Assembly (NCBI GenBank): GCA_034780895.1
Contig: JAUZTB010000079.1
Location: 17,420,350 to 17,484,349 of the forward strand
Length of the DNA: 64,000 nt
From: Rhynchobatus australiae
Taxonomy: Eukaryota
Direction of reading: 5' to 3'
Positions 24,804 to 37,149 of the stretch are shown piece by piece; position 1 is the first letter of the stretch, and each line of letters starts with the position of its first letter. The notes under the pieces were generated by a model. That model had not been told where the DNA came from, made no database searches, and saw nothing but the letters and a program-made list of their open reading frames with translations. Position numbers and translations under genes: made by a program.

Positions 24804-27800
24804 CTGAGGAAACAAAAAGGACTGAAGTTAAAACTAACACTTCAGTTTTAACACAGAACTTCCTACATAACATGAGAGGGTGATAACTGATTGAAAGAAA
24901 ATGCAACCCCAACCTTTTCTCACCAAAGCCTCCTGCCACAATGCTCTCCCCGTTAAGTTGTGCTGTCAGGAGAGAAGAGTAGAACACAAACACAGACTGC
25001 ACATCTCTGGTGATCAATAATCAGGCATAACACTTAGCATGCTTTCAGGATCAGTAATGAGTCTTTCTCATTGCCCATCCAATAAGCCACATGCATCATC
25101 CAATGTCACCATTTAGGCAACAGACACAGAGGCTAGTTTGAGTACTAAAAGTCACCATCCTAAGTTGGGGGAGATTCAAATGCAAACAACTCAGCTTTAA
25201 AAAGGAGGAAAACGGGTACCTTAAACTGCCAGTAGCAACATTCAAATAGTCAGCATTCTTTATGGTGTTGACAGACTCCTCAATTGTGTTGGAAGCAGTC
25301 AGATTTACCAAATTTTTGATAACTGTATCACAATTCTATATTTAGCCACAACATACCCTGATATTGACAAAAGTGAATTACCTCTGGGCAACAGCTCTGC
25401 ATCAGGCAGTTTTATATCTGTCTTCAAGGAAACAAAATTGAAATTAAACATGCAAGTATCCTACTGCTGATCATCAACTAAACATTCATCGTGTAGGAGA
25501 AGGGAGAGCAAACACTCATGGTATGCATTTGAACTGTGTGCCAAACTGCCACTCAAAGGGCAATAAGTGGTACATTCTCCTGCCTCATTCATCTGCATTG
25601 TTGCTGTGGAGTGGCAACAATCACAACAGCAAGTGCAATGTAACAACAACCTTACAGTCACATATATTCAAGAGACCAGGTGATGGACAGGAAACCAGAT
25701 GGGATCTTCAATCCTGGCACAGGCGGGCCTCAGTGACGTCATCTCAGAATTCTTCACTGCTAACAAATGTCCCTGGGACACTTCTGAACCAACTTAGAGT
25801 TATCAATTTGCTCACATTTACCAGGAATGAAATAAAAAAATGAGTAAGAGAATAAAAACAATAAAAACTGTACACTTGCTCTCAGGTTTTTGGTAATGAC
25901 TAATCCAGTTATGTTTCCAAGAGAATAGAATGAGCAGGATGAGGCAGTAACAAATAATATACAAGGCACTCAACTGATGACATGACAATCACATCACTGA
26001 TGAATGAAAAAGCTGAAGATAAAGACTGCACCCAAACTAATTCACTGCTCGAGTTTTGTCATTTTGTCCTCTTGCTAAGCACCTGTCTCAAGGTTATCTT
26101 TGTCCAAGGGATAATATTAGGTGCAAATCCACAGTCAACTCAAGAAAGTGAAGCACAATTGAAGTGATCTATGTTCATGCTCAACAATCCTCATGTTCAT
26201 CTCCAAAACAGATAAACACAGTTATAACAAATGAGCTTCCAGTATGAATGATAATCAGTGATCCAGAGTGAGAAGACCACAGACCAACCCTTTCCTGGCC
26301 GTTGAAGCCATGTTTAATATCCATACTGCTGCCTAGATATGATCTGCCATATTTATGTAGACATAGGATCAAGTGCAACTTACTGAGTTAGTCAACTGAC
26401 CTACTAAGCACATCTTGTGCATCAATCAGCCCTGAAATCTGTCCCAGACAGAGCTTGGTGGAGATTCGATTATAGCCATTAATGGTACCAAATCTTTCAA
26501 ACATTTTCAAATTCAAGGCAATTCTTCACTCTATCTCCTCAGAATGGAAAATCTAGTCAGTGGTCCGGCCAGTTAATCAATCCACATTTTTTTTTGCTTC
26601 TGATGACAAATTGATTTGAGGAACCTTTATGTAGCACTAAAGCTCGTCAAATTGGATTAATTGTCAGTTCTCCAAGGACCATACAATCCAAGGACCAGTG
26701 TGATAAAGCTCTCCAAAAATCAACTTCTCAGCTACTGGTAGAATATATCCAAAAACAAAAGCAAATCCCAAGAAGAAAAAAAATAAAAAAAGGAACCATA
26801 CCTTTAAGTTGATTGTAACATTGCACCTGAATCTTTTTTTGCTCACCTACATAAAACTCTAGAGCTTAAACTAAGACATTTTTTAAATATGGGATTTACA
26901 ATAATTAGTTCCCATGCACATTGAAAGGGCTAGGATGGTAGGGAAAGCAGAGCTGCAGAGGCTAAACTTCTACAAGTCCATAGCTGTGGGAAAGGGAAGA
27001 ACTGGTGCTGGAATTTGCCAGCTGGACACATTTACCTAAAACCAAGTTATTTACAGTGGTGTTTTTGCTGATGCCCAGATCTGTTTTCTTTGTCAACTAC
27101 CTCAAATAAAGCTGTTATAACACTGACAAAACTGGATATAGACAATATGAACATTCTGCAGACTACTGCAGAGCACATGGAAGAGACTCAAGGATAAAAG
27201 CAAAACAAATACTATGACAGAATGAAAGATCAAACTCATCTCCAGGCATACAATGACAATTTAATTATCAAGAGAAAAATATGGAGCATGAGCCAGCAGA
27301 TTTCTTGCCAATGGCAACAATGCACCCTTGTCTCCTTTTAGTCTGCTCTACTACAATTTCTATTAATTTACAGTGGCTCAAATAGCTTTGGCCAAAGTGC
27401 ACCATTATAACAAATTATTGGTTCTTATGAACCAAAACAGTAGCCAGATAAGATTATTATTCAAACTTTAATGGCTTTTTCTATTTCTTTACAGATGAGG
27501 GCACAGTTGCAAGCCCAGCATTACCGNNNNNNNNNNNNNNNNNNNNNNNNNNNNNNNNNNNNNNNNNNNNNNNNNNNNNNNNNNNNNNNNNNNNNNNNNN
27601 NNNNNNNNNNNNNNNNNNNNNNNNNNNNNNNNNNNNNNNNNNNNNNNNNNNNNNNNNNNNNNNNNNNNNNNNNNNNNNNNNNNNNNNNNNNNNNNNNNNN
27701 NNNNNNNNNNNNNNNNNNNNNNNNNNNNNNNNNNNNNNNNNNNNNNNNCTTTGGCAGTCCCTCCCAGATATCAACCACTAAAAATCTTTCCCCTCAAATT

Positions 27801-27999
27801 CATTCTCACCTTAAACACACAACCCCTTGTTTTTGATATCCTGACCACTGGAAAAAGATTTTTTAAATACTTTTAACGGGTCACCACCCCTCAGCCTCCT
27901 GCTCAAGGAGAAACAAACCCAGCCTATCCAACCTACCTCATAACTAAACTCCTCCAGTCTTGCTTGCAACCTCAAGTTGTGAAGATACTTCCATTATGC

Positions 28000-28470
28000 T
28001 ATTGATTAGGGGGATTCAGGTTTGAGGTCAGGCAATGATGAAGGAATACCAAAATATTTCTAAGACTTGGAGGGAAAATTGCAGGTGGTGGGTGGTCTTC
28101 TCTCAAGTCTATCTGCTTCTAGATGTACAGAGGGTTTAAAAGATGCTGTTGAAGTAATCTTCTTGAATTGCTGCAGTGCATCTTTTAGATGGCACACACA
28201 AAAACTGTCGGTGATGAATATGGTGCTAATCAAGTTGGCTGCAGTGTTGACTGAAAAGTGTCAAACTTCAAGTTGGTGGAGCTGTATTCATCCAGGCTGG
28301 TAGACAGTACTCCAAACACATGTTTTTCTCCATTCATTTTTGGGATGTGAATATTGCTGGCATTGTTGCCAATCCCCAAATGTCCTCGAGGTTGTGGTAG
28401 AGAGATGCCTTTTTGAAGCACTGCAGTTTTTCTGGTTAAGATACGTTCACTTGTACCTTCAGGTAGTGGA
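28000..28470 (-). mobile_element. L2/CR1-clade LINE fragment (degenerate)
   Basis: Similar to 55560-55900 (ttggagatggtggcattc..., gttggtggagctgtattcatccaggc) and to the reverse complement of 37900-38250. Confidence 0.55.
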
Positions 28471-30207
28471 AAGACCAAGGATTCAGAGGAGATTAAGTTT
28501 TGTGATACTGCATTTACCAGATTTGTACAACAGGAACCAGAGTTGCCTACAAAGTACCTTCCTTTCCTGCATCTGGATACTTCCNNNNNNNNNNNNNNNN
28601 NNNNNNNNNNNNNNNNNNNNNNNNNNNNNNNNNNNNNNNNNNNNNNNNNNNNNNNNNNNNNNNNNNNNNNNNNNNNNNNNNNNNNNNNNNNNNNNNNNNN
28701 NNNNNNNNNNNNNNNNNNNNNNNNNNNNNNNNNNNNNNNNNNNNNNNNNNNNNNNNNNNNNNNNNTATGGATCTCAGGACTCATTCAATGCTGTAACATT
28801 TCAGCTCAGATCTACTCAATTAAAAATAATTAAGCAAGGGTCAGAAAGCCAAGTAAAACACCTCTTCCAGCATCCAAACATGCATTGAGTTCAACAATCC
28901 CCAAGCAGAGAGCAAGAACCTGCAATATAACTGAATTGTCAGCCCCTAATCATAGTTCACAGGTACCAGTGGCAAGAGTACACTCACATTAATAATCTGC
29001 ACAGTTATTAAATCTTTTCACAGGGAATCATATTTCCTTCAATGGAAAGGAGTATAGATGTCACCTTGTCCTGCCTCACTATTAACATTGTGTTTGCCTG
29101 ATTGCTTTCATCCATATAGTTTGTCACTGAAAAAAATCAATTGGATCATTATCAGTTGACATGAAACTGATCTCTCATTTGGTAAGTAACAGACCCTATT
29201 TTATCAAACTCTAAAATAAGTGGTCACTTATCCAAATTAAACCACATATTTAATAACTCAACTACATCATTCGGGGATTTCCTCTTCTTGGGATGTAGAG
29301 CCAAGAGCAATTGGCCAACTTGGATGCTGATACCAAGGACAGCAAGTTGCAAAAAGTATCCATGCAACAGACACTAGATGAGAATCTGCAGTAGAATGAT
29401 GGTATCCTATGGTATTCCCAGTACTCCAGCTAAGACCATCTACCTCAGCGAGAGCATTCCACTGTCTTTGTGTCTGTATATTACAGCAAAACACAGCCAA
29501 CAAATGCCATACCTAGTCAGTACAAAGGGTTAATTATCTATTGAGCTCCAGGTTCATTACACCATCAAAATGTTTCCAGTTAACTGAGCAGTATTATGTG
29601 TTGACAATAAATATTACACAAACAGCAACATTTAAGATCTTTTCCATAGCAGTATATTAGATATAAGGTAATACTCAAACTGCCGCAGATAATTTATTGG
29701 AACTCTTAGCTCCTTAGTTCTAAAGGTATTTTCACCATCCATTACTGTAGGATAGTCTGTTCTGGTTATGTCAAGTCCCTCTGTCTACCACTTTACTGGA
29801 GATGCTTTTAAGTTCATTGTAATTGAGCCAGTGCTTTNNNNNNNNNNNNNNNNNNNNNNNNNNNNNNNNNNNNNNNNNNNNNNNNNNNNNNNNNNNNNNN
29901 NNNNNNNNNNNNNNNNNNNNNNNNNNNNNNNNNNNNNNNNNNNNNNNNNNNNNNNNNNNNNNNNNNNNNNNNNNNNNNNNNNNNNNNNNNNNNNNNNNNN
30001 NNNNNNNNNNACAGGAATTAGTGACAGACAGAAAAGTCATGATTCTTGAAAAAAAAATTACCCCATAGCCCCACCCTGGCCCTGCTCCACAATAGCAACA
30101 TTCTTACTGAAATGGTTTGCATGAAATGAGAGCACTAAGGTGGTAGCATTTGGCCCTCTTCAAACACTGTTGAAGCAGCAAATGGAAAACAATTCTCATC
30201 AACCTAC

Positions 30208-30333
30208 CATCCTTCAGAGAAAAGTAACTGGAGCCACTTTTTCTGCGGTGCGAGCGAGCGTAGTCTTGGAGGTTAGGGGCACTAGAGGAGCCACCAAGTA
30301 CTGTGGTACTGAACAAACCAGCACACTGGGAAC
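30208..30333 (-). CDS. PPIP5K1: PPIP5K1 coding exon: (G)[41 protein letters not shown]
   Basis: Overlaps ORF 30104..30316. 126 nt, symmetric phase 1, acceptor gtgcag| and donor |gtaggt. [24 protein letters not shown] is conserved. Confidence 0.95.
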
Positions 30334-32029
30334 CTGCACGAGATGGTTAGGTGTTAGATCAAAAGAAATGGTTTAGTAACAATCCCTCATGCTGCATGCA
30401 TTTGTAAGTAGTACTAAACAGGATAAGTGGGGAGATGATTCTTGCAGTAACATCCAAAAACATTTCAGAATTTCAGCAAGACAAGTTAGGGAACACATTA
30501 AAACTGAAATGAAATTTCATTATATTTAGGTGTCTGAAAGTAAGAGTCTACAACTCCACCCTTGACCAGTATCCTATGGTTGCTTTATACAGCAAAATAT
30601 TTTCTCTAAAAATAGAGCTCAGGTATGGAACCAGAATATTTTATACATCATACTCCTTTTCACCAAAAATTACAGAGATGGTAAAACATCTAGTATCACC
30701 TAGCAGAATCTTGGCACTGCAGGACCAGGTGAAAACCATTCAGCCCTTTTTGAGCTGGTTCCACCATTCTATCAGATCATAGCTGACTTGTATCTTTAGA
30801 CTGGAAAACCACCTTTCCCCCACCCCCTACCATACAATAACCATCCCTAACAAAGCTCAGAGGAATTAGGTGTTCCAATGCCCAAAACCCTAAAGCATTT
30901 ACCTGGTTTCTCTTTCTACCACCCTGACCCTGAACATTTCCCATTTTTACATTAAAAACAAATTACAAAAGTGGTTCATAAAAATATGGTAAACAGGTGC
31001 CTCCAACTGGCTCCATTATTCAATGTGACCAGGGCTGATCCAATTTAATCAGCCCTTCCATCCCAGAAATCTTCTCTGCACTACTTCCTTCCTCAGGTCT
31101 GGAGACCAAAACCAAGTGCAGTATCAATACTCATGGATTATTCTTTCAATTAATGAACTTGACTGAAAAACTCATTCTATGCTTGGAGGGGGGATACATC
31201 AAAATCTGCACTAAATAGAAGTGTGGTTGGTCAGTCACAAGTCAGATGCAATTCAAGTCACACCCACAATGTTTAAAAGATTTTCAACATATAGCATAAC
31301 TTATTTGTAATTAAAATTCAATTTGTTTTCTGCTATAGTCATACAATCTCCAGTATAGCTCACAAGAAACCCTTCATGCAAGAGCTTGGATAGTTAATTT
31401 TAAAAGCCTACTTGATGAGTCTGCCAAAATCCACTAGTCTGGTTCATAGTTAAAAAATGTCATTGGGGATGAAGCAGCAGAGAAAGCACTGAACTGCTGA
31501 AATGCAGTCCTCTAAAAGGAATGGAGAGGGTAAAGGAAACAGAAAACATTTAAGTTACAATTCTATTCATTCACTAAGAGAAATGAGGAAATAATTGTGG
31601 ATTATGCCCTCTCCCAAAGAAATCCACAAAGGATATACCAGATAGCTGTGCAATGCCAAAATGAAAATTGATTTTGCTTTGAATTACTGTCGTTTTTCAT
31701 TTTTATTAATAGCACTACAAAGAAAATCCCCTAAACCAGTGCTCTAATTTCAAAACAAAGTTCAAAAGTGCAATTTCCCATATCATCACTACAAATATCA
31801 CCACATTTTTGCAGATTTGTTTTATCAAAACGAATTGCTGCTCTGTAGGATAACATAGAAGAAACAGTGATCATTCAAAAAATAACAGTGTGTACGTATT
31901 TTTCTTTTTACCAAATTATTTCCAGCCCTTCCAAATGTACTGATATGGAAGTGTGCAGCAACTAGTGGGTGCTGTGGGGTAATTTATTAAATCACCAAGA
32001 GTGACAGAGGACGGAACTTGAAGAAACAA

Positions 32030-32645
32030 GATGCTGGAGGTAGAGCAGGTCAGGCAGCATCTGTGGCGAAAAGCAGGCGATCAATGTTTTGGGTCAGGAC
32101 CCTTCTTCAGGACTGAAGATGGAAAAGCAGAGCAGTGATAGGTAGATGCAGGCAAGAGATAGTGATAGGCAGATTTTGGGGAGGAGGGGAGAGCAGATCC
32201 ACCAGGGTATGGAGGCAGGGCACATGGGGGGGNNNNNNNNNNNNNNNNNNNNNNNNNNNNNNNNNNNNNNNNNNNNNNNNNNNNNNNNNNNNNNNNNNNN
32301 NNNNNNNNNNNNNNNNNNNNNNNNNNNNNNNNNNNNNNNNNNNNNNNNNNNNNNNNNNNNNNNNNNNNNNNNNNNNNNNNNNNNNNNNNNNNNNNNNNNN
32401 NNNNAGGCTGGAAGGTCCCAGTACGGCAAATGAGGTGTTGTTCCTCCAGACTGTTTGGACTTCTCCTGGCAGTGGAGGAGGCACAGGACTGACATATCAA
32501 TGATGGAGTGCCAGGAGGTGTTGAAGTGACTGGCAACAGGGAGAAGGGTCCTGACCCAAAAATGCTTTTCTCCACAGATGCTGCCCAACCTGCTGAGTTC
32601 CTCCAGCATCATTTTTTCATCTAGATTTGAGCACCTGCAGTCCTT
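32030..32645 (-). mobile_element. Penelope-like element remnant with inverted terminal segments
   Basis: Frameshifted ORFs (PVASHFNTSWHSIIDMSVLCLLHCQ / LEEQHLICRTGTFQP) match the C-terminus of the PLE GIY-YIG endonuclease (...RKLEEQHLIFRLGTLQP). 32030-32108 and 32541-32610 are inverted repeats. Confidence 0.85.
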
Positions 32646-34559
32646 TCTTCAAGGATGAAACTTCCCTTCAATACAGTAAAAATATTATAAGCTGACAAAA
32701 CCTGCCTATCAATACATTCAAGATATTCAACTGTACAAGCATGAACTGCCTCAATTCCTCAGCTGATTAGAAAGGGAGACTTGGTCCCAAGATTAATCAC
32801 TAGATTGAGCTAGGGCCCATCAGCAGCCTTCATAGGCTGGAGATGCAAAACTAGCCCAAACACTCCACACTGTGAAAGGCAGTCAGTGGCTCTGCTCCTG
32901 GTCACTTAATGCAGTGAGATTTGCTGGAAAGCATGCAAGAATGCATACCGAGTGGATTCACTGGGATTAGGTTTAGCTACAATGCCCTGTGTCAAATGGT
33001 TAATTGACACTTGTGGCCTAGACCTTTATGCAGAGTACAGAGAAATGGTGACATCTGCGAAGAAAGAACTTGCTCTTATAATTCGCCTTTTTCAGGGCTC
33101 CGAACATGCCAGCCCAGTGAGATGATGAAGTGTGCCCAATTGTTTTTGTAACTTGGAATCACAGGATATACAGCCAAGTCATTTGGAGCAGTTACGCTCA
33201 GTGTTACACTGGCAGAGCCTTTACCAACTGAGTCTTCGTGGGCACACAATTCTTTGACCATTGATTGCTGTTCTATGAATAGGACCAAAAGGGCCCGAGC
33301 CTCTTCCCACTGCAAGCGATGTACTTTTCCAGAAATTCAAGAACAAAGAGCCTAAAGAGCACTCCACAATACTTCTCTTCTATCCTGCCATTCACTCTGT
33401 AGCTTAAATTCCTTGAAGGGTGCAGCACCACTGCCAAACCTTAAACAAGGGTTTGCATTCCACTTTGGCAGCTGCACGATGAGCAAGAGGTTTGGCAGTG
33501 TTCTGTACTTTCTTTTCACAAGGTTTTGTTGTAACTGCAGGAAAGAAAATAACCTCTCATTGGAAAAAAAAGATGGAAAAGAAAATTCACAGTTTGCAAA
33601 TCTGAACCCTCACATGGTTTCCCCTTTGTGGGCTGGTTGTGGAGGAAGTCAGGTAAATGTGAAGAGCAGATGCAAATTTTAAGATGGCTCCATGCATCTA
33701 TTCGGACAAACCGAGGTTGATTCTCAGTTTGGGCAAGCAATAGATGCTGTGATTGGCTGCACAAAAGTTTATTTTTATTCAGTCGGTTAGTTACACTGTT
33801 CATTCTAACAGCTGATANNNNNNNNNNNNNNNNNNNNNNNNNNNNNNNNNNNNNNNNNNNNNNNNNNNNNNNNNNNNNNNNNNNNNNNNNNNNNNNNNNN
33901 NNNNNNNNNNNNNNNNNNNNNNNNNNNNNNNNNNNNNNNNNNNNNNNNNNNNNNNNNNNNNNNNNNNNNNNNNNNNNNNNNNNNNNNNNNNNNNNNNNNN
34001 NNNNNNNNNNNNNNNNNNNNNNNNNNNNNNNNNNNNNNNNNNNNNNNNNNNNNNNNNNNNNNNNNNNNNNNNNNNNNNNNNNNNNNNNNNNNNNNNNNNN
34101 NNNNNNNNNNNNNNNNNNNNNNNNNNNNNNNNNNNNNNNNNNNNNNNNNNNNCCTAAAGCCACGTACTATGATGCACTCATCTGTGTAACCTCCTTCAGC
34201 CTGACCACCCTCCACAAACTCAAGGGGAGATATTGGCTATGATCCTCATCACTTAATGTGGCTATCAGGTGTACTCAGCTCCTGAATATTTGATTGCATC
34301 TAAACCATTGGGACTAAGTGTCTAAATGAGTGCATTGGGCTGACACTTATTTACTTGTGATGACCAAAGATGAACCTCTCCCCAAAGATGTTCCTTCAAT
34401 GTTGTCCCTGTTGCTCATTCCACCACTAGCAGCTGACTGGACCACAAGTTCTGACATCCCTCTCTAAGCCTCTCATCTTCTCTCCATCATCCTTGCCCCC
34501 CAATAAGACACTCCTTTTTGCTCTAGCCAATATTTAACTAATGTCACCAAGACCATCAC

Positions 34560-34690
34560 TAAGATCAAGTCATTATCACATTGCTGCTTGTGAGAGCTTG
34601 TGCTGCAAAAATTGACAGCATTTTCCATGCAAGAACACTGCAAAACAGTTCACTGGCTGTAAGGTGCTTTGGAACATCCTTAGCTTGTGC
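34560..34690 (+). mobile_element. Deu-domain SINE 3' fragment
   Basis: atcacattgctgcttgtgagagcttg...cactggctgtaaggtgctttggaacatcct resembles the Deu-SINE body and L2-type tail (recalled consensus). Confidence 0.6.
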
Positions 34691-36536
34691 AAGCAGCTTC
34701 TTATTACCCAACTTAAATGTTTCTTTATCTGGTCCAACGCTAATGTTGTTTGATAATGCATACTTGAAGCACTCTGGGGTGTTTTATAGAAAGGATACCA
34801 TTTAAAGCAGGTTGCTGTTAATTTGCACTGACTTACAAGACTGCTGCCTGCTTTCCACAGGAGCACCAGGCATTCAAGGCAAGACCCCAGTGCAGAAACA
34901 GGAGAGTGTAGGAAACTGGTTCTGTTTATCTTTTTTTTAAAAAACCATTTTGTTCCCACTACCATTCCTTCCTAACTGAAAAAACAGGCTGGGGAAAACA
35001 TCAAAAATCAGTGCACAAGTTACAAATCACCACTGCTCCATAACACTGAAGGACACATGCCTTTTGTTAAATGGATGTTCAGCAACAAAAAGAGGAACCA
35101 AAAGACAGTGGCAATCTCTTCCTTGAACAATAAAGTGTGAGCATTATAGACCAAGCAATTAATACAGCATATTTCACCTCTAATTTCAATACATTTGACT
35201 GCGTCAAAAGCAGGGCTACTTGTGATAACAAATGGAACATTTGCAGTTTCAAGCATCCCATGTCTGCATCAAGCAGTCCCAGGGCAGGCACAGATCAGTT
35301 CGTTGGTAGGTAACACTCTTGCTACAAGAATGAATGCTGGTTAACCCCAACCCGAGAGGAGCACTCCCTATCCCACATTGTTCCAATTGCCACACAAGGT
35401 ATTTTGACTAGCTGCTCAGTATCAAACTACACCCAATTATTTGATTTGAGCCCATGTTTACCAGGAACCAGAAAGGCTCAACTCATTTACAGTCAAAACT
35501 TTCAGTGAAGATTCCACACCTATAATCCTGGAGTGGAAAAAACCCAGAATCCTAATTTCCCTGATATTCCATTACTAGAGTGTTGTCCTGAAGAGTTGCG
35601 TGGTATATTCAACATCATAACTACTTTCTTAGACTTGGGGTACTAAATGCCATCAGATGCTTAGAGTTTCTGGCATCAGAGGAGCCTGATCTGACTGCCT
35701 TGTGAAAAAGCTTTCACTTCTTCCTGAACTTTGAATTTACTCTCTCTGCCAGTACACTATTTGTTAAAAGATTTTCCTAATTTCACTGTTCTTTTAAAGA
35801 TCCCTCCAGTGATTAAATCTGTACCACTGGCAAATTTCTGTTTATCTTACAGAATAAGATTTATACCATCCTCCTCTTAGTCTTGCTCTAATGAAAAGCT
35901 AAACTATTCTTAGCTCCCCGAGGTACCATCTTAAACCCACACTTCCAATGGCCTACAGGGCATAAAGAGCTGGAGACCATATTCTAACTCTTACCAGGTC
36001 AATCATAGTATTCTCTCTGCTTTTCTATTCTTATATCCCTATTAATAAAATATAGGATTTTGCATGCTGCTCCCCTGTCCAAAAAATTTTAGCATACAGA
36101 AGGATTATAGAAAAATTTACAATACAGGAGGCCATTTAGCCTATCTTCTCTGTACCAGTCAAGACCTACCTGAGCAATCCAAACTCCCACCACTAGGCCC
36201 ACAGTCCTACAAGTTATAGCTCTTCATATCAAAGTCCAAGCACAATGTGCCCTGTGTCTTTTATAGAAATCTGCTGATAACTTGCCTTAAATCACCAGCT
36301 GTATTTTGGAAATCAGAAACAGCTCTTCAAGGAAGCTCAAATCCTGACGAAGGAGTTCCTCACTGAAGTTTGGTTGAAATCTCCCAGAAAAGGTCCTTCA
36401 TGACAAGCATTTCTTTGCTATGTTAGTGTTTGTGGATACAGTTTACAAGCACATAGTCACTAACTATGTGCATGTAGATAGTGAAACCACACAGTAACTG
36501 TCATTCTAGAGGTTCCAGCAAATCAAAATCTCTTAC

Positions 36537-36630
36537 CTAGTCCGCTCTGTTTCACATCAGACATCTGCCTGGAATACGGGGGAACCAAAAGCCGGTATCC
36601 CGTGTACTTGGGGGAACTTTCCGACAGTAC
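36537..36630 (-). CDS. PPIP5K1: PPIP5K1 coding exon: VLSESSPKYTGYRLLVPPYSRQMSDVKQSGL(G)
   Basis: Manual translation. 94 nt, phase 0 to 1, acceptor ttgatag| and donor |gtaaga. Resembles mammalian VLSETSS...GYRLF...MKQSGL. Confidence 0.92.
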
Positions 36631-37149
36631 CTATCAACAAAAAGAGAGGCTTTACATAAAAAGGGTAAAAAAACAATGGACAATTTCAGGCCTTCAGTGA
36701 TGCAGCGTTGAGAAGATCTGCTTTGCCAAACTGCTCTGCTGCAAATGGAGCAGTAGGAACAGCATGGAGGCACAACTGCAGATTATAGACCCTTCAGATA
36801 GAAATGGAGGACTCCAGCTGACCACTATTGAACATGGAGAAAACAGTTCCCTGCATCCTAAGGTGTATACAATTTCAGAGACACAGCAACCTTGCAGACT
36901 TGCAAAAAATGGGCTCATTAATACAGTATTGCGTCCAACATTTTTCACTGCACAACCTCATTGAGGTGCTGTTGCCACGTCATCTTAATTACTATGCAAT
37001 CTACACTCTACACTACAAAATGAAGTCAAGTTACTTGACAAAAAGATATGCCCCACCTCCTCCATCTTCCCACCAAAGCAAACTGGGCTGGGAGCACCTC
37101 AGGTTGGAAATATACAAGTTACAAGTTGATTCCTGAATGATACCAAATA

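Noticed and set aside
25220-25322. Open frame IKNLVNLTASNTIEESVNTIKNADYLNVATGSL as an exon
   Set aside because: Purine-rich acceptor, and the 103-nt length would frameshift the next exon.
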